Part shown: positions 56,362 through 64,000 of the stretch, piece after piece
Layout of the letters: the number at the start of each line of letters is the position of its first letter
Numbering within the stretch: position 1 is the first letter of the stretch
DNA from: Auritidibacter sp. Marseille-P8566
Lineage (GTDB): Bacteria > Actinomycetota > Actinomycetes > Actinomycetales > Microbacteriaceae
Direction of reading: 5' to 3'
Length of the DNA stretch: 64,000 nucleotides
NCBI GenBank assembly: GCA_945895375.1
Contig: CAMDEE010000002.1
Coordinates: 164,265-228,264, forward strand
The notes under the pieces: generated by a model
What the model saw: the letters and a program-made list of their open reading frames with translations, nothing else
Database searches by the model: none
What the model was told of the DNA's origin: nothing
Program-made: the position numbers and the translations under genes

Positions 56362-57189
56362 ATGCCAACTAATCTCTCCGTAGTAACCATCAACGTCAAT
56401 GGCGTTAGAGCCGCCTTCAAGAAAGGCTTCGCTGAGTGGGTTATTGAGCACTCCCCTGATGTGATAGCCCTTCAGGAGGTCAGAGCAGAAACAACAGATT
56501 TGGAAGAGATCTTCAAGGCCATTGAAGAGCAGCAGAACGATGGCACCAAGTGGCATATCCTTCACGACAACGCCTCATCTAAGGGAAGAGCTGGAGTGGC
56601 TATCGTCTCTAAACTTCCAGCAGCATCATCGAGAACCACGCTTGGCCCAAAAAGCTTTGATAGTGCGGGTAGATGGCTTGAAGTCGATTTCAAGATCAAA
56701 TCCAAGACTGTAACTGTCATCAGCACATACGTTCACTCCGGTGAAGTTGATACCCCAAAGCAAGTTGAGAAATACAAGTTCTTAGATGCCATGACCAAAA
56801 GAATGTCTGAACTTAGAAAAGAAGATGGTCTGGTAGTTGTGGTTGGCGATCTAAACGTCGGTCACACAGAACTGGATATAAAGAACTGGAAGGGCAACCT
56901 CAAAAACGCAGGGTTCTTACCCGAAGAACGTGCTTACTTTGATACCTGGATGCATAAACAAGGTTGGGTTGATCTAGGTAGAGCTGCCCACCCTGATGTG
57001 CCAGGGCCATACACCTGGTGGAGTTATCGAGGTCAGGCTTTTGATACTGACACCGGCTGGAGAATTGACTATCAACTAGCTACCCCGAAGCTTGCCAAGC
57101 TTGCCTCCAACTACAAGGTTCACAGAGCAGCTAGCTACGACACCCGCTTTACTGACCATTCCCCTGTGGTTGTTGAGTACGCTATCTAA
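56362..57189 (+). CDS. xthA: exodeoxyribonuclease III (AP endonuclease)
   Basis: [37 protein letters not shown]. Confidence 0.92.
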   Translation: MPTNLSVVTINVNGVRAAFKKGFAEWVIEHSPDVIALQEVRAETTDLEEIFKAIEEQQNDGTKWHILHDNASSKGRAGVAIVSKLPAASSRTTLGPKSFDSAGRWLEVDFKIKSKTVTVISTYVHSGEVDTPKQVEKYKFLDAMTKRMSELRKEDGLVVVVGDLNVGHTELDIKNWKGNLKNAGFLPEERAYFDTWMHKQGWVDLGRAAHPDVPGPYTWWSYRGQAFDTDTGWRIDYQLATPKLAKLASNYKVHRAASYDTRFTDHSPVVVEYAI

Positions 57190-57190
57190 C

Positions 57191-58198
57191 ATGACTGGCA
57201 AAGCGAACCTTCTAAGCGGCATGCAGCCGAGTGCATCTTCTCTGCATTTAGGTAACTACCTTGGAGCCCTTGTTAACTGGGTCAACATGCAAAGAGACTT
57301 CAATGCCTTCTATGTCATTGTTGACCTGCACGCCATTACAGTTCCTCAAGACCCTAACGAACTTAGAACCAACACCAGAAGAACAGCTGCTCAATATATT
57401 GCAGCTGGCATCAACCCTCAAGACTCAGCACTATTCGTGCAAAGCCATGTTCCAGCTCACGCTGAACTAGCTTGGGTATTGAACTGCATCACAGGTTTCG
57501 GTGAAGCTAGCCGTATGACTCAGTTCAAAGACAAATCACAAAAAGCAGGAAGTGATTCTGCTTCTGTTGGACTATTCACTTACCCAATCCTTCAGGCAGC
57601 AGACATCTTGCTGTATCAACCAAAGGCAGTTCCAGTTGGTGAAGACCAGAGACAGCACCTTGAACTAACTCGTGATCTAGCAGAACGATTCAACACAAGA
57701 TTTGGTCAGACCTTCACAATTCCTGAGGCTCATATCCTCAAAGAGACAGCAAAGATTTATGACTTACAGAACCCAACAGCAAAGATGTCTAAGTCAGCAG
57801 CTGACCCTAAAGGTCTTGTTAACCTTATGGATGATGATTCAACCATCATGAAGAAGATCAAGAGTGCTGTAACAGACACTGATGCAAGCATCAGAGTCGA
57901 TTGGGAAAATAAGCCAGGTGTTTCTAACCTCTTATCTATTCACTCTTCTATTAGTGGTGAATCTCTAGTTTCACTTGAAGACAGATTCCAAGGTGCTGGC
58001 TACGGAGTCCTAAAGGGTGAAGTAGCGGATGTAGTCATCGCTGCTCTAGGCCCCATTAGAGACAGAGCCAACGATCTTATGAGTGACCCAACAGAGCTAG
58101 ACAAGCTCCTAGCCTCAGGTGCAGATAAGGCTAGAGCAGTAGCCGAGGAGACCCTGGCTAAGGTCTATGACCGCATTGGGTTTATCAAGGCAAACTAG
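57191..58198 (+). CDS. trpS: tryptophan--tRNA ligase
   Basis: HIGH-type HLGNYLGA and KMSKS present. [16 protein letters not shown] 57191 is 1 nt after the xthA stop; the ORF-track N-terminal extension (57092) lies inside xthA. Confidence 0.95.
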   Translation: MTGKANLLSGMQPSASSLHLGNYLGALVNWVNMQRDFNAFYVIVDLHAITVPQDPNELRTNTRRTAAQYIAAGINPQDSALFVQSHVPAHAELAWVLNCITGFGEASRMTQFKDKSQKAGSDSASVGLFTYPILQAADILLYQPKAVPVGEDQRQHLELTRDLAERFNTRFGQTFTIPEAHILKETAKIYDLQNPTAKMSKSAADPKGLVNLMDDDSTIMKKIKSAVTDTDASIRVDWENKPGVSNLLSIHSSISGESLVSLEDRFQGAGYGVLKGEVADVVIAALGPIRDRANDLMSDPTELDKLLASGADKARAVAEETLAKVYDRIGFIKAN

Positions 58199-58202
58199 GC
58201 AC

Positions 58203-58220
58203 CTCGGGAACGCTCCCGAG
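58203..58220 (+). terminator. weak hairpin after trpS
   Basis: CTCGGGA-ACGC-TCCCGAG: a 7-bp stem 5 nt after the stop, with no clear T-tract. Confidence 0.35.
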
Positions 58221-58381
58221 ACTCAAAATTTAGACAAAAAGCCGTATTTCATTCAGAATCTGGGGACTTGCTAAATCGTTATCGCAGTGTGAGAAATTCT
58301 CCAGTTTTTCCCAAGAATGTTGCCGTATATTGTTGCTGAAGCGTAATCTACGCTTCGCCCATTACTATCAAGGAGAAATTA

Positions 58382-59719
58382 ATGAGCTTTAAGACAAAGC
58401 GCGTTCTAGCTGCTACTGCTTCTGCAGTTGTTGCAACGTTGTTTCTAGCAGGCTGTGCGCCAGCAAGCGATGACGCTAGCGGTAACTGTGATGCTTATGC
58501 AGATTACAAGGGCTTCGAAGGTACTGAGGTTGAGGTATACACAACCATCATTGCTCCAGAAGCTGATCTATTCGTCGAGTCATTCGCTGACTTCGAGCGT
58601 TGTACAGGAATCACTGTCAACTGGAACGGTACTCAGGAGTTCGAAGCTCAGATTGCTGTTCGCGTTGAAGGTGGAACTGCACCTGATCTAGCGATCTTCC
58701 CACAGCCAGGCCTACTAGCTAAGTTTGCTGACAGCCTAATTCCTGCATCTGCAAAGTTGAGCGAGTCAGTTGACGCTAACTACTCACCAGACTGGAAGAA
58801 CTACGGAACTGTAGACGGAACCTTCTTCGCTGCTCCACTAGGAGCTAACGTGAAGTCATTCGTTTGGTACAACCCGAAGGTCTTCGCAGACAACAACTAC
58901 ACAATCCCAACAACTTGGGATGAACTTCTAGCTCTATCTGACCAGATTGCCGCAGACGGACAGATCCAGCCATGGTGTGCTGGTTTCGGTTCTGGTGAAG
59001 CAACCGGTTGGGTTGGTACTGACTGGATGGAAGACATCATGCTTCGTACCGCGTCAGCAGAGACCTATGACGCTTGGGTTACACACGGTATTCCTTTCAA
59101 CGACCCAGCTGTTGTAACAGCGATTGGTGAAGCTGGAAAGGTTCTAAAGAACCCTGACTATGTTGGTGACGTAGCTTCTATCGCTACTACTACATTCCAG
59201 GATGGTGGAGCAGGAATCGTTGATGGTTCATGTGCAATGCACCGTCAGGCATCATTCATTGGTGGAATCCTAGCTGCAGACCACGGAGCAGAAATCGTTG
59301 AGCCAACAGATACATCAAAGGCAAACGGAATCTCAGTGTTCTACTTCCCAGGTACATCAGCAGACAACAAGCCAGCACTTGGTGGTGGAGAGTTCGTAGC
59401 AGCTTTCCAGGACCGTGGCGAAGTTGCAGCTCTACAGCACTACCTAACCACTCCGCTATGGAACAACGCTAAGGCAAAGCTTGGTGGTTGGTTCTCAGCT
59501 AACAAGGGTCTAGACGAAGCAAACGTTGCTGACCCAGTGAACAAGGTTGCTGTTCAGATCCTAAAGAACGCAACAACCTTCCGCTTCGACGGCTCTGACG
59601 TTATGCCAGCTGCTGTTGGTGCAGGTACTTTCTGGAAGGAAATGACCGCATGGGTTGCAGAAGACAAGTCTGACAAGGCTGTTCTTGATGCAATCGAGAA
59701 GTCATGGCCTAAGAACTAA
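58382..59719 (+). CDS. CUT1-family sugar ABC transporter substrate-binding lipoprotein
   Basis: Lipobox LFLAG-C, 445 aa, Trp-rich SBP_bac_1-like body. AAGGAG SD. Followed by MalF/MalG-type permeases. Confidence 0.85.
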   Translation: MSFKTKRVLAATASAVVATLFLAGCAPASDDASGNCDAYADYKGFEGTEVEVYTTIIAPEADLFVESFADFERCTGITVNWNGTQEFEAQIAVRVEGGTAPDLAIFPQPGLLAKFADSLIPASAKLSESVDANYSPDWKNYGTVDGTFFAAPLGANVKSFVWYNPKVFADNNYTIPTTWDELLALSDQIAADGQIQPWCAGFGSGEATGWVGTDWMEDIMLRTASAETYDAWVTHGIPFNDPAVVTAIGEAGKVLKNPDYVGDVASIATTTFQDGGAGIVDGSCAMHRQASFIGGILAADHGAEIVEPTDTSKANGISVFYFPGTSADNKPALGGGEFVAAFQDRGEVAALQHYLTTPLWNNAKAKLGGWFSANKGLDEANVADPVNKVAVQILKNATTFRFDGSDVMPAAVGAGTFWKEMTAWVAEDKSDKAVLDAIEKSWPKN

Positions 59720-59744
59720 ATTAGGCTAGTTATACCCTTGTAGT

Positions 59745-59780
59745 GGGGTGTGGTGGACACGAAAGTGAAAGCCACACCCC
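59745..59780 (+). other. intercistronic stem-loop between the SBP and permease genes
   Basis: GGGGTGTGG-N18-CCACACCCC: a 9-bp perfect stem 26 nt after the SBP stop. Confidence 0.5.
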
Positions 59781-59803
59781 ATTTCAATAAAGTCAGGAAT
59801 TAA

Positions 59804-60814
59804 ATGATTAACACCGCGTTCATTGCAGCACGCAAGACCCCCTGGGAAGTGATTTTCCCAAACCTAATTCTGCTTATTGTTTCACTAGCAGCATTCGCTG
59901 CAATTGTGTACTTAGTTTTCCTATTGGCCTCTAGGGTCAATGTCAAAGTTCAGGAATGGTTGAAGTACGCGGTCTTCCTAGCTCCTGCTGTTCTACTACT
60001 TCTTATTGGACTTGTTTATCCAACACTTAGAACTCTCGTCATGTCGTTCATGAACGCAGATAGCACAGAGTTTGTCGGCTTGGACAACTACGTATGGTCT
60101 TTCACAATCCCTGAGATTCTGGTAGTTCTTAGAAACACAGCCATCTGGGTATTAGTGGTTCCTATTCTTTCCACACTGCTTGGACTTGCTATTGCTTACA
60201 TGACTGACCGCATGAAGCGTCCCGGCATTGTGAAATCACTCATCTTCTTACCAATGGCGATCTCATTCGTAGGTGCCGGTGTTATCTGGAAGTTTGTTTA
60301 CAGCTTCCAGCCAAACCTAGAAAAGCCCGACATTGGTCTATTCAGTGCTATTTCCAAAGCTATTGGAGTAAACCCTCCTAACTGGTTACTCGAAGCTCCG
60401 ATGAACACCATGTTGCTAATCCTTGTCATGATTTGGATTCAGACCGGATTCTGCATGGTTGTTATTTCAGCAGCTATGAAGAATGTTCCAGATGAGGTAG
60501 TAGAAGCGGCCATGCTTGATGGGGCTGGCAACTGGAAGCGCTTCATTAGAGTAACCATCCCAATGATCAGATCAACGGTAATCGTTGTGCTAACCACCAC
60601 CGCTATTGGAACCCTAAAGGTCTTCGACATCGTTAGAACCATGACCGGTGGTAACTTCGAGACCAACGTTATTGCTAACGAAATGTATTCACAGAGCTTT
60701 AGACAGATGAACTATGGCCAGGGAAGCGCACTGGCGGTAATCCTTTTGCTTTGTGTTCTTCCAATCATCGCTTACAACATCAGACAGCTTAGACGTGAGA
60801 GGACTGAACGCTAA
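59804..60814 (+). CDS. sugar ABC transporter permease (MalF-like)
   Basis: 6 TM helices. EAA loop EAAMLDGAGNWKRFIRVTIPM. Confidence 0.88.
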   Translation: MINTAFIAARKTPWEVIFPNLILLIVSLAAFAAIVYLVFLLASRVNVKVQEWLKYAVFLAPAVLLLLIGLVYPTLRTLVMSFMNADSTEFVGLDNYVWSFTIPEILVVLRNTAIWVLVVPILSTLLGLAIAYMTDRMKRPGIVKSLIFLPMAISFVGAGVIWKFVYSFQPNLEKPDIGLFSAISKAIGVNPPNWLLEAPMNTMLLILVMIWIQTGFCMVVISAAMKNVPDEVVEAAMLDGAGNWKRFIRVTIPMIRSTVIVVLTTTAIGTLKVFDIVRTMTGGNFETNVIANEMYSQSFRQMNYGQGSALAVILLLCVLPIIAYNIRQLRRERTER

Positions 60815-61719
60815 TGGCTATGAACAAAAAAGCTAAAGACATATTTGCATCCCCAGTAGCTTCAGCAATTGCAGTAATCATCGCTGTTCTTTGGACCATT
60901 CCCACCTTTGGTCTATTGGTTTCCTCTATCCGACCAGAGCAGGACATCAACCAATCAGGTTGGTGGACTTTCTTTACTAACCCAACTTTCACATTCGATA
61001 ACTATGCCCAGGTGTTATTCCAAGGATCAACTACTAACCCACCGCTGTTCCAGTTCTTCTTTAACAGCTTCGCTCTAACAATTCCTGCTGTGGTTTTCCC
61101 AATCACTCTGGCCTTGTTTGCAGCCTATGCTTTGGCTTGGTTCAACTTCAGAGGAAAAGACACAATCTTCTTCATCATCTTTGGTCTCCAGGTTGTTCCA
61201 CTTCAGCTAACCCTGATTCCACTTCTTCAGTTGTTTGCTAAGGGTCTTGTTATTGGCGATACCGTCATCATTCCGGATCTTGGTATCACTGGAACCTTTA
61301 TTCCAATCTGGATTGCTCACACAATCTTTGGCTTGCCACTAGCTGTATTCCTTCTTCACAACTTCCTCTCTCAGATCCCTAAAGAACTGATTGAGGCAGC
61401 TCGTGTTGATGGAGCTAACTGGTTCACCCTGTTTAGCAAGATTGTCCTTCCACTATCTGTTCCAGCTATCGCATCTTTCTCCATCTTCCAGTTCCTCTGG
61501 GTATGGAACGATCTGCTGGTAGGTCTAACCTTCGGTGGTGGTGTGAAGCAGGTTGCTCCTATGACAGTGCGTATCGCTGAGATGGTTGGTTCTAGAGGAA
61601 GCGGTTGGGAGCTACTAACAGCAGGAGCCTTCGTATCCATGATTGTGCCTCTGATTGTCTTCTTTGCCCTCCAGCGTTACTTCGTAAGAGGCTTGCTGGC
61701 AGGCTCTGTAAAGGGATAG
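60814..61719 (+). CDS. sugar ABC transporter permease (MalG-like)
   Basis: 6 TM helices. EAA loop EAARVDGANWFTLFSKIVLPL. 1-nt overlap with the upstream permease. No ATPase gene follows; CUT1 systems in Actinobacteria commonly share an MsiK-type ATPase. Confidence 0.88.
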   Translation: MAMNKKAKDIFASPVASAIAVIIAVLWTIPTFGLLVSSIRPEQDINQSGWWTFFTNPTFTFDNYAQVLFQGSTTNPPLFQFFFNSFALTIPAVVFPITLALFAAYALAWFNFRGKDTIFFIIFGLQVVPLQLTLIPLLQLFAKGLVIGDTVIIPDLGITGTFIPIWIAHTIFGLPLAVFLLHNFLSQIPKELIEAARVDGANWFTLFSKIVLPLSVPAIASFSIFQFLWVWNDLLVGLTFGGGVKQVAPMTVRIAEMVGSRGSGWELLTAGAFVSMIVPLIVFFALQRYFVRGLLAGSVKG

Positions 61720-61829
61720 GTTCAAGGAACCCTTCCTCGCTTGAATCTCTGGTGTGTCCAAAGTGGAACAACTTGGTTCGAATCCAGTAGGCTTGCATCA
61801 AATTCTGGATGAGTTCCAGTTAGGGGAAA

Positions 61830-62678
61830 ATGATGCGCAAGACTTTGAGGTTGTGTCTAGCTAGTGCCTTGGCGCTGGCCACGGTGGCAATAGCTTTTGC
61901 AGACGAGCAGAATCAGGCCGTTGTCTCACTGAGCAATACAACGACATCCATTCTCAGCCAACCTCTAGAGGCCGATGAACCAGATGCCGCCAAAATTGAA
62001 ATGGTTGAAACAGACCTTGATGCAACAGACGTCGAACCAGAAACTTCCTATGTCTCTCCAATAGAGGTTCGTCAAGATGAGCGACCAGACAGCGTCGATG
62101 AAGAATTAGAGACTTCGGATCCACTTGACCTGATTCCAACACCGTCAAATGTCTCGACCATAGTGTTCAAAAGGCTTCTTAGCTTCCCTAGCGTCCTTGA
62201 GAATACAGAAGTATCAAAAGTTGTGTTTATCAACGGAGAGTACTGTGTTGCCGGTGACATGTACGTGCTCTGCTACAACGAGTCAGACGATACCTTCAAC
62301 ACCTGGAACGACATAGATCCAACTCCATTCTTTGGCGGTGAGATCTCAGATTGTTCCACTGTGGTTTCTGAAACAAGCTGTTGCTCAGACGAGATCAATG
62401 GGTGCCTTTTCCATAGTTTCACTGAAATTGCGATGAGTGGCGAGATTCTTCCAGAAGCGTCTCTAGCTCTTGAGGCAGTTTCATCAAGCGATGGGTGGGA
62501 ACATGGATCAGTGCCGTTTTCTCGGGAGTTCGGAGCTTGTTTACGCTCGAGGCTATACGAATATTGCTTTGAATACATTTCAAAAAAAATCCTTGTCTTC
62601 GACTGGATGAGGAGCCCAGAAGGGCCAGTTGAAATTTTCAACCCACGAGAATTGGATGCAGAGCATTTCAGATGGTGA
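61830..62678 (+). CDS. orphan secreted protein: acidic N-terminal half, Cys-rich C-terminal half (282 aa)
   Basis: AGGGGA SD. Signal peptide MMRKTLRLCLASALALATVAIAFA-DE. About 100 aa are very rich in D/E/T/P, then a domain with 10 Cys (including CC and CxxGDMYVLC). No motif recognised. Confidence 0.55.
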   Translation: MMRKTLRLCLASALALATVAIAFADEQNQAVVSLSNTTTSILSQPLEADEPDAAKIEMVETDLDATDVEPETSYVSPIEVRQDERPDSVDEELETSDPLDLIPTPSNVSTIVFKRLLSFPSVLENTEVSKVVFINGEYCVAGDMYVLCYNESDDTFNTWNDIDPTPFFGGEISDCSTVVSETSCCSDEINGCLFHSFTEIAMSGEILPEASLALEAVSSSDGWEHGSVPFSREFGACLRSRLYEYCFEYISKKILVFDWMRSPEGPVEIFNPRELDAEHFRW

Positions 62679-62919
62679 AATAGAGCCTTGGGGCTAAGTA
62701 ATCCCAGGGGATTTGTGGTGCGATAAGGATTTCCCTGTTTTTTTCGGCCTCAAGGCTAGGAGATAGCCCATAAACCCAACAGTTCTTGGAATCGCCGGCT
62801 GCTTATGCATAGAGAGACCTAAGGAAAAGGGAAAGAGCTAATAATCCTTATCTTTTAGCCTTTGGCGTATTAGGTCGCATTTAGACCCCCAATCTGCCAT
62901 GATTTATCAGTAACAAACA

Positions 62920-63071
62920 GTTCTTCGGGGTCAGTGTAAATCTGAACCGGCGGTTATAGTCCGCGACCCGACAAGCTGCCTTCAATGGCAACGAATACCT
63001 AGGTATTTGGTTTGGCGGTTGATCTGGTGAAACTCCAGAACCGACGGTTAAAGTCCGGATGGTAGAAGAAC
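62920..63071 (+). ncRNA. FMN riboswitch (RFN element) controlling ribD
   Basis: The P1 helix GTTCTTC...GAAGAAC encloses the conserved cores GGGGTCAGTGTAAATCTGAACCGGCGGTTATAGTCCGCGACCC and GGTGAAACTCCAGAACCGACGGTTAAAGTCCGGATGG. Downstream, CCCGAG (63123-63128) pairs with CTCGGG (63145-63150), enclosing the GAAAGG SD immediately before ATG 63151. Confidence 0.9.
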
Positions 63072-63150
63072 ATAAGGTTTGGCCTATCTTGGCCTGACCT
63101 TAGGTCGTCTATTCGACCCTACCCCGAGGTACCTTATTGAAAGGCTCGGG

Positions 63151-64000
63151 ATGACCGATACTAGGCAGTTTGAACCGATGATGCATCGGGCACTTGAACT
63201 TGCCCTACTCGGACCTGCCTACGGTGCTAACCCTCAGGTTGGAGCCATCATCCTCGACAAAGATTTGAATGTTATTGCCGAAGGCTGGCATAAAGGTGCG
63301 GGAACTCCACACGCTGAAGTTGATGCCCTGAGCAAACTACCTAACGGAGTTCCAGCAGGATCAACTGCTGTTGTGACTTTGGAACCTTGCAATCACACTG
63401 GCAGAACCGGTCCATGTGCTGTTGCTTTGATTGAAGCTGGCATCTCTCGAGTTGTTTATGCAAGTAAAGACCCAGGCGATGAATCAGCGAATGGAGCTAA
63501 GACTCTGACTGATGCGGGCATTGAAGTCATCCAAGGTGTTCTTGAAAGAGAAGCTGATGAACAGTCAGTGATTTGGCTAACTGCAATGAAGAAGCAGCGT
63601 CCATTCATTACTTTGAAGTGGGCTCAGACTCTTGATGGCAGAACAGCTGCAACTGATAAGACCAGTAAATGGATTTCAGGTTCAGTATCTAGAGAAGATG
63701 TTCACCTAAGAAGATCAAACCTTGATGCAATCTTGGTTGGCACCGGAACTGTCAAATACGACAACCCTGATCTAACTGCCAGAAAACCTGATGGCTCAAG
63801 ATACGAGCACCAACCGCTTCGTGTTGTTGTTGGCATGAGTGAACTAGATCAAGATCTTCGTGTCTTCAATGAAGATGCTCCAACGGTTCAACTAAAGACA
63901 CAAGATGTTAGAGAAGTTGTCTCACAACTTTGGGATAGAGGTATGAGACACATCCTTGTTGAAGGTGGTGCTCAGTTAGCGAGTGAGTTCATCTCGCTTG
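63151..64000 (+). CDS. ribD: bifunctional riboflavin biosynthesis deaminase/reductase RibD (N-terminal ~283 aa; continues beyond window)
   Basis: My translation: MTDTRQFEPMMHRALELALLG...HAEVDAL...EPCNHTGRTGPC (CMP/dCMP deaminase zinc site), then the reductase part KWAQTLDGR...LVGTGTV...VEGGAQLASEF. Open to the window end. Confidence 0.9.
   Translation, partial: MTDTRQFEPMMHRALELALLGPAYGANPQVGAIILDKDLNVIAEGWHKGAGTPHAEVDALSKLPNGVPAGSTAVVTLEPCNHTGRTGPCAVALIEAGISRVVYASKDPGDESANGAKTLTDAGIEVIQGVLEREADEQSVIWLTAMKKQRPFITLKWAQTLDGRTAATDKTSKWISGSVSREDVHLRRSNLDAILVGTGTVKYDNPDLTARKPDGSRYEHQPLRVVVGMSELDQDLRVFNEDAPTVQLKTQDVREVVSQLWDRGMRHILVEGGAQLASEFISL

Noticed and set aside
57092-57190. 33-codon N-terminal extension of trpS given by the ORF track
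   Set aside because: It lies entirely inside xthA in another frame. ATG 57191 gives the canonical TrpRS N-terminus, with the HIGH motif at the usual distance.
57189-57191. T-box leader upstream of trpS
   Set aside because: There is a single nucleotide between the xthA stop and the trpS start, so no leader RNA can exist.
61723-61796. Possible complete tRNA around the GGTTCGAATCC motif
   Set aside because: I folded the 74 nt by hand. Only 4 of 7 acceptor pairs form, there is no U8, A14 or G18-G19, and no convincing D or anticodon arms. The T-stem has only 4 pairs, one of them G-U. At best it is a fragment, so it is reported as a finding and not as a tRNA feature.
62273-62641. 122-aa minus-strand ORF antisense to the orphan gene
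   Set aside because: The plus-strand ORF is longer and has an SD plus a textbook signal peptide. The minus-strand product has no start context. I cannot exclude it entirely without expression data.
1-64000. Scan for CRISPR arrays, IS elements/transposases, integrases, rRNA or intact tRNA genes, toxin-antitoxin pairs and classical defence genes
   Set aside because: I found no repeat-spacer periodicity, no DDE/tyrosine-recombinase-like ORFs, no nuclease/helicase/methylase clusters and no long direct or inverted repeats by eye. The window is essentially conserved backbone plus metabolic and envelope accessory genes.

Overview
The window looks like a very compact actinobacterial chromosome segment, with moderate GC by eye and Micrococcales/Microbacteriaceae-like gene content. 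There are about 58 protein genes, almost no non-coding DNA, and many 1-4 nt start/stop overlaps.

Gene order is collinear with the conserved actinobacterial backbone that, from memory, corresponds to M. tuberculosis Rv3235-Rv3336c:
- Rv3235-like, secA, comF, mtrB, mtrA, ahcY, manB, whiB2-like, manA
- purE, purK, birA, accD5/pccB, accE, maf, accA3/bccA
- punA, phospho-sugar mutase, add, deoA, cdd, sdhCDAB, trpS

Accessory modules are inserted into this backbone:
- A cell-envelope glycopolymer block at about 10.4-23.4 kb: whiB, a giant GT2-polytopic protein, a DUF5719-like protein, galE, manA, an O-antigen-ligase-like protein, a 917-aa LysM wall protein with a coupled lipoprotein, and an LCP ligase.
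- A four-gene translationally coupled string at 30.2-34.3 kb: RNA methyltransferase, LuxR-type response regulator, histidine kinase, and a kinase-like membrane protein lacking a phosphoacceptor His.
- An 11-kb minus-strand nucleoside uptake and catabolism string at 39.8-50.8 kb. It ends in UlaC/UlaB-type PTS EIIA and EIIB genes, and no EIIC is present anywhere in the window.
- An isolated ptsI gene.
- A CUT1 sugar ABC importer without an ATPase gene.
- An orphan acidic, Cys-rich secreted protein preceded by a tRNA T-arm-like 11-mer.
- An FMN riboswitch in front of ribD.

I saw no rRNA, intact tRNA, CRISPR, transposase or integrase.

Two sequence-level signals stand out. Eight operon-first genes carry a TANNNT hexamer exactly at -12 to -7 from the start codon and have no Shine-Dalgarno sequence, which points to leaderless transcription. 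Convergent genes repeatedly abut or overlap at their 3' ends, by 0 to 42 nt.

Nothing here resembles a classical defence or mobile system. The best candidates for undescribed biology are the EIIC-less EIIA/EIIB pair wired into nucleoside catabolism, the RR-HK-pseudokinase-methyltransferase operon, and the LCP / lipoprotein / LysM giant protein module. All functional calls rest on motif recognition by eye; no database searches were run.
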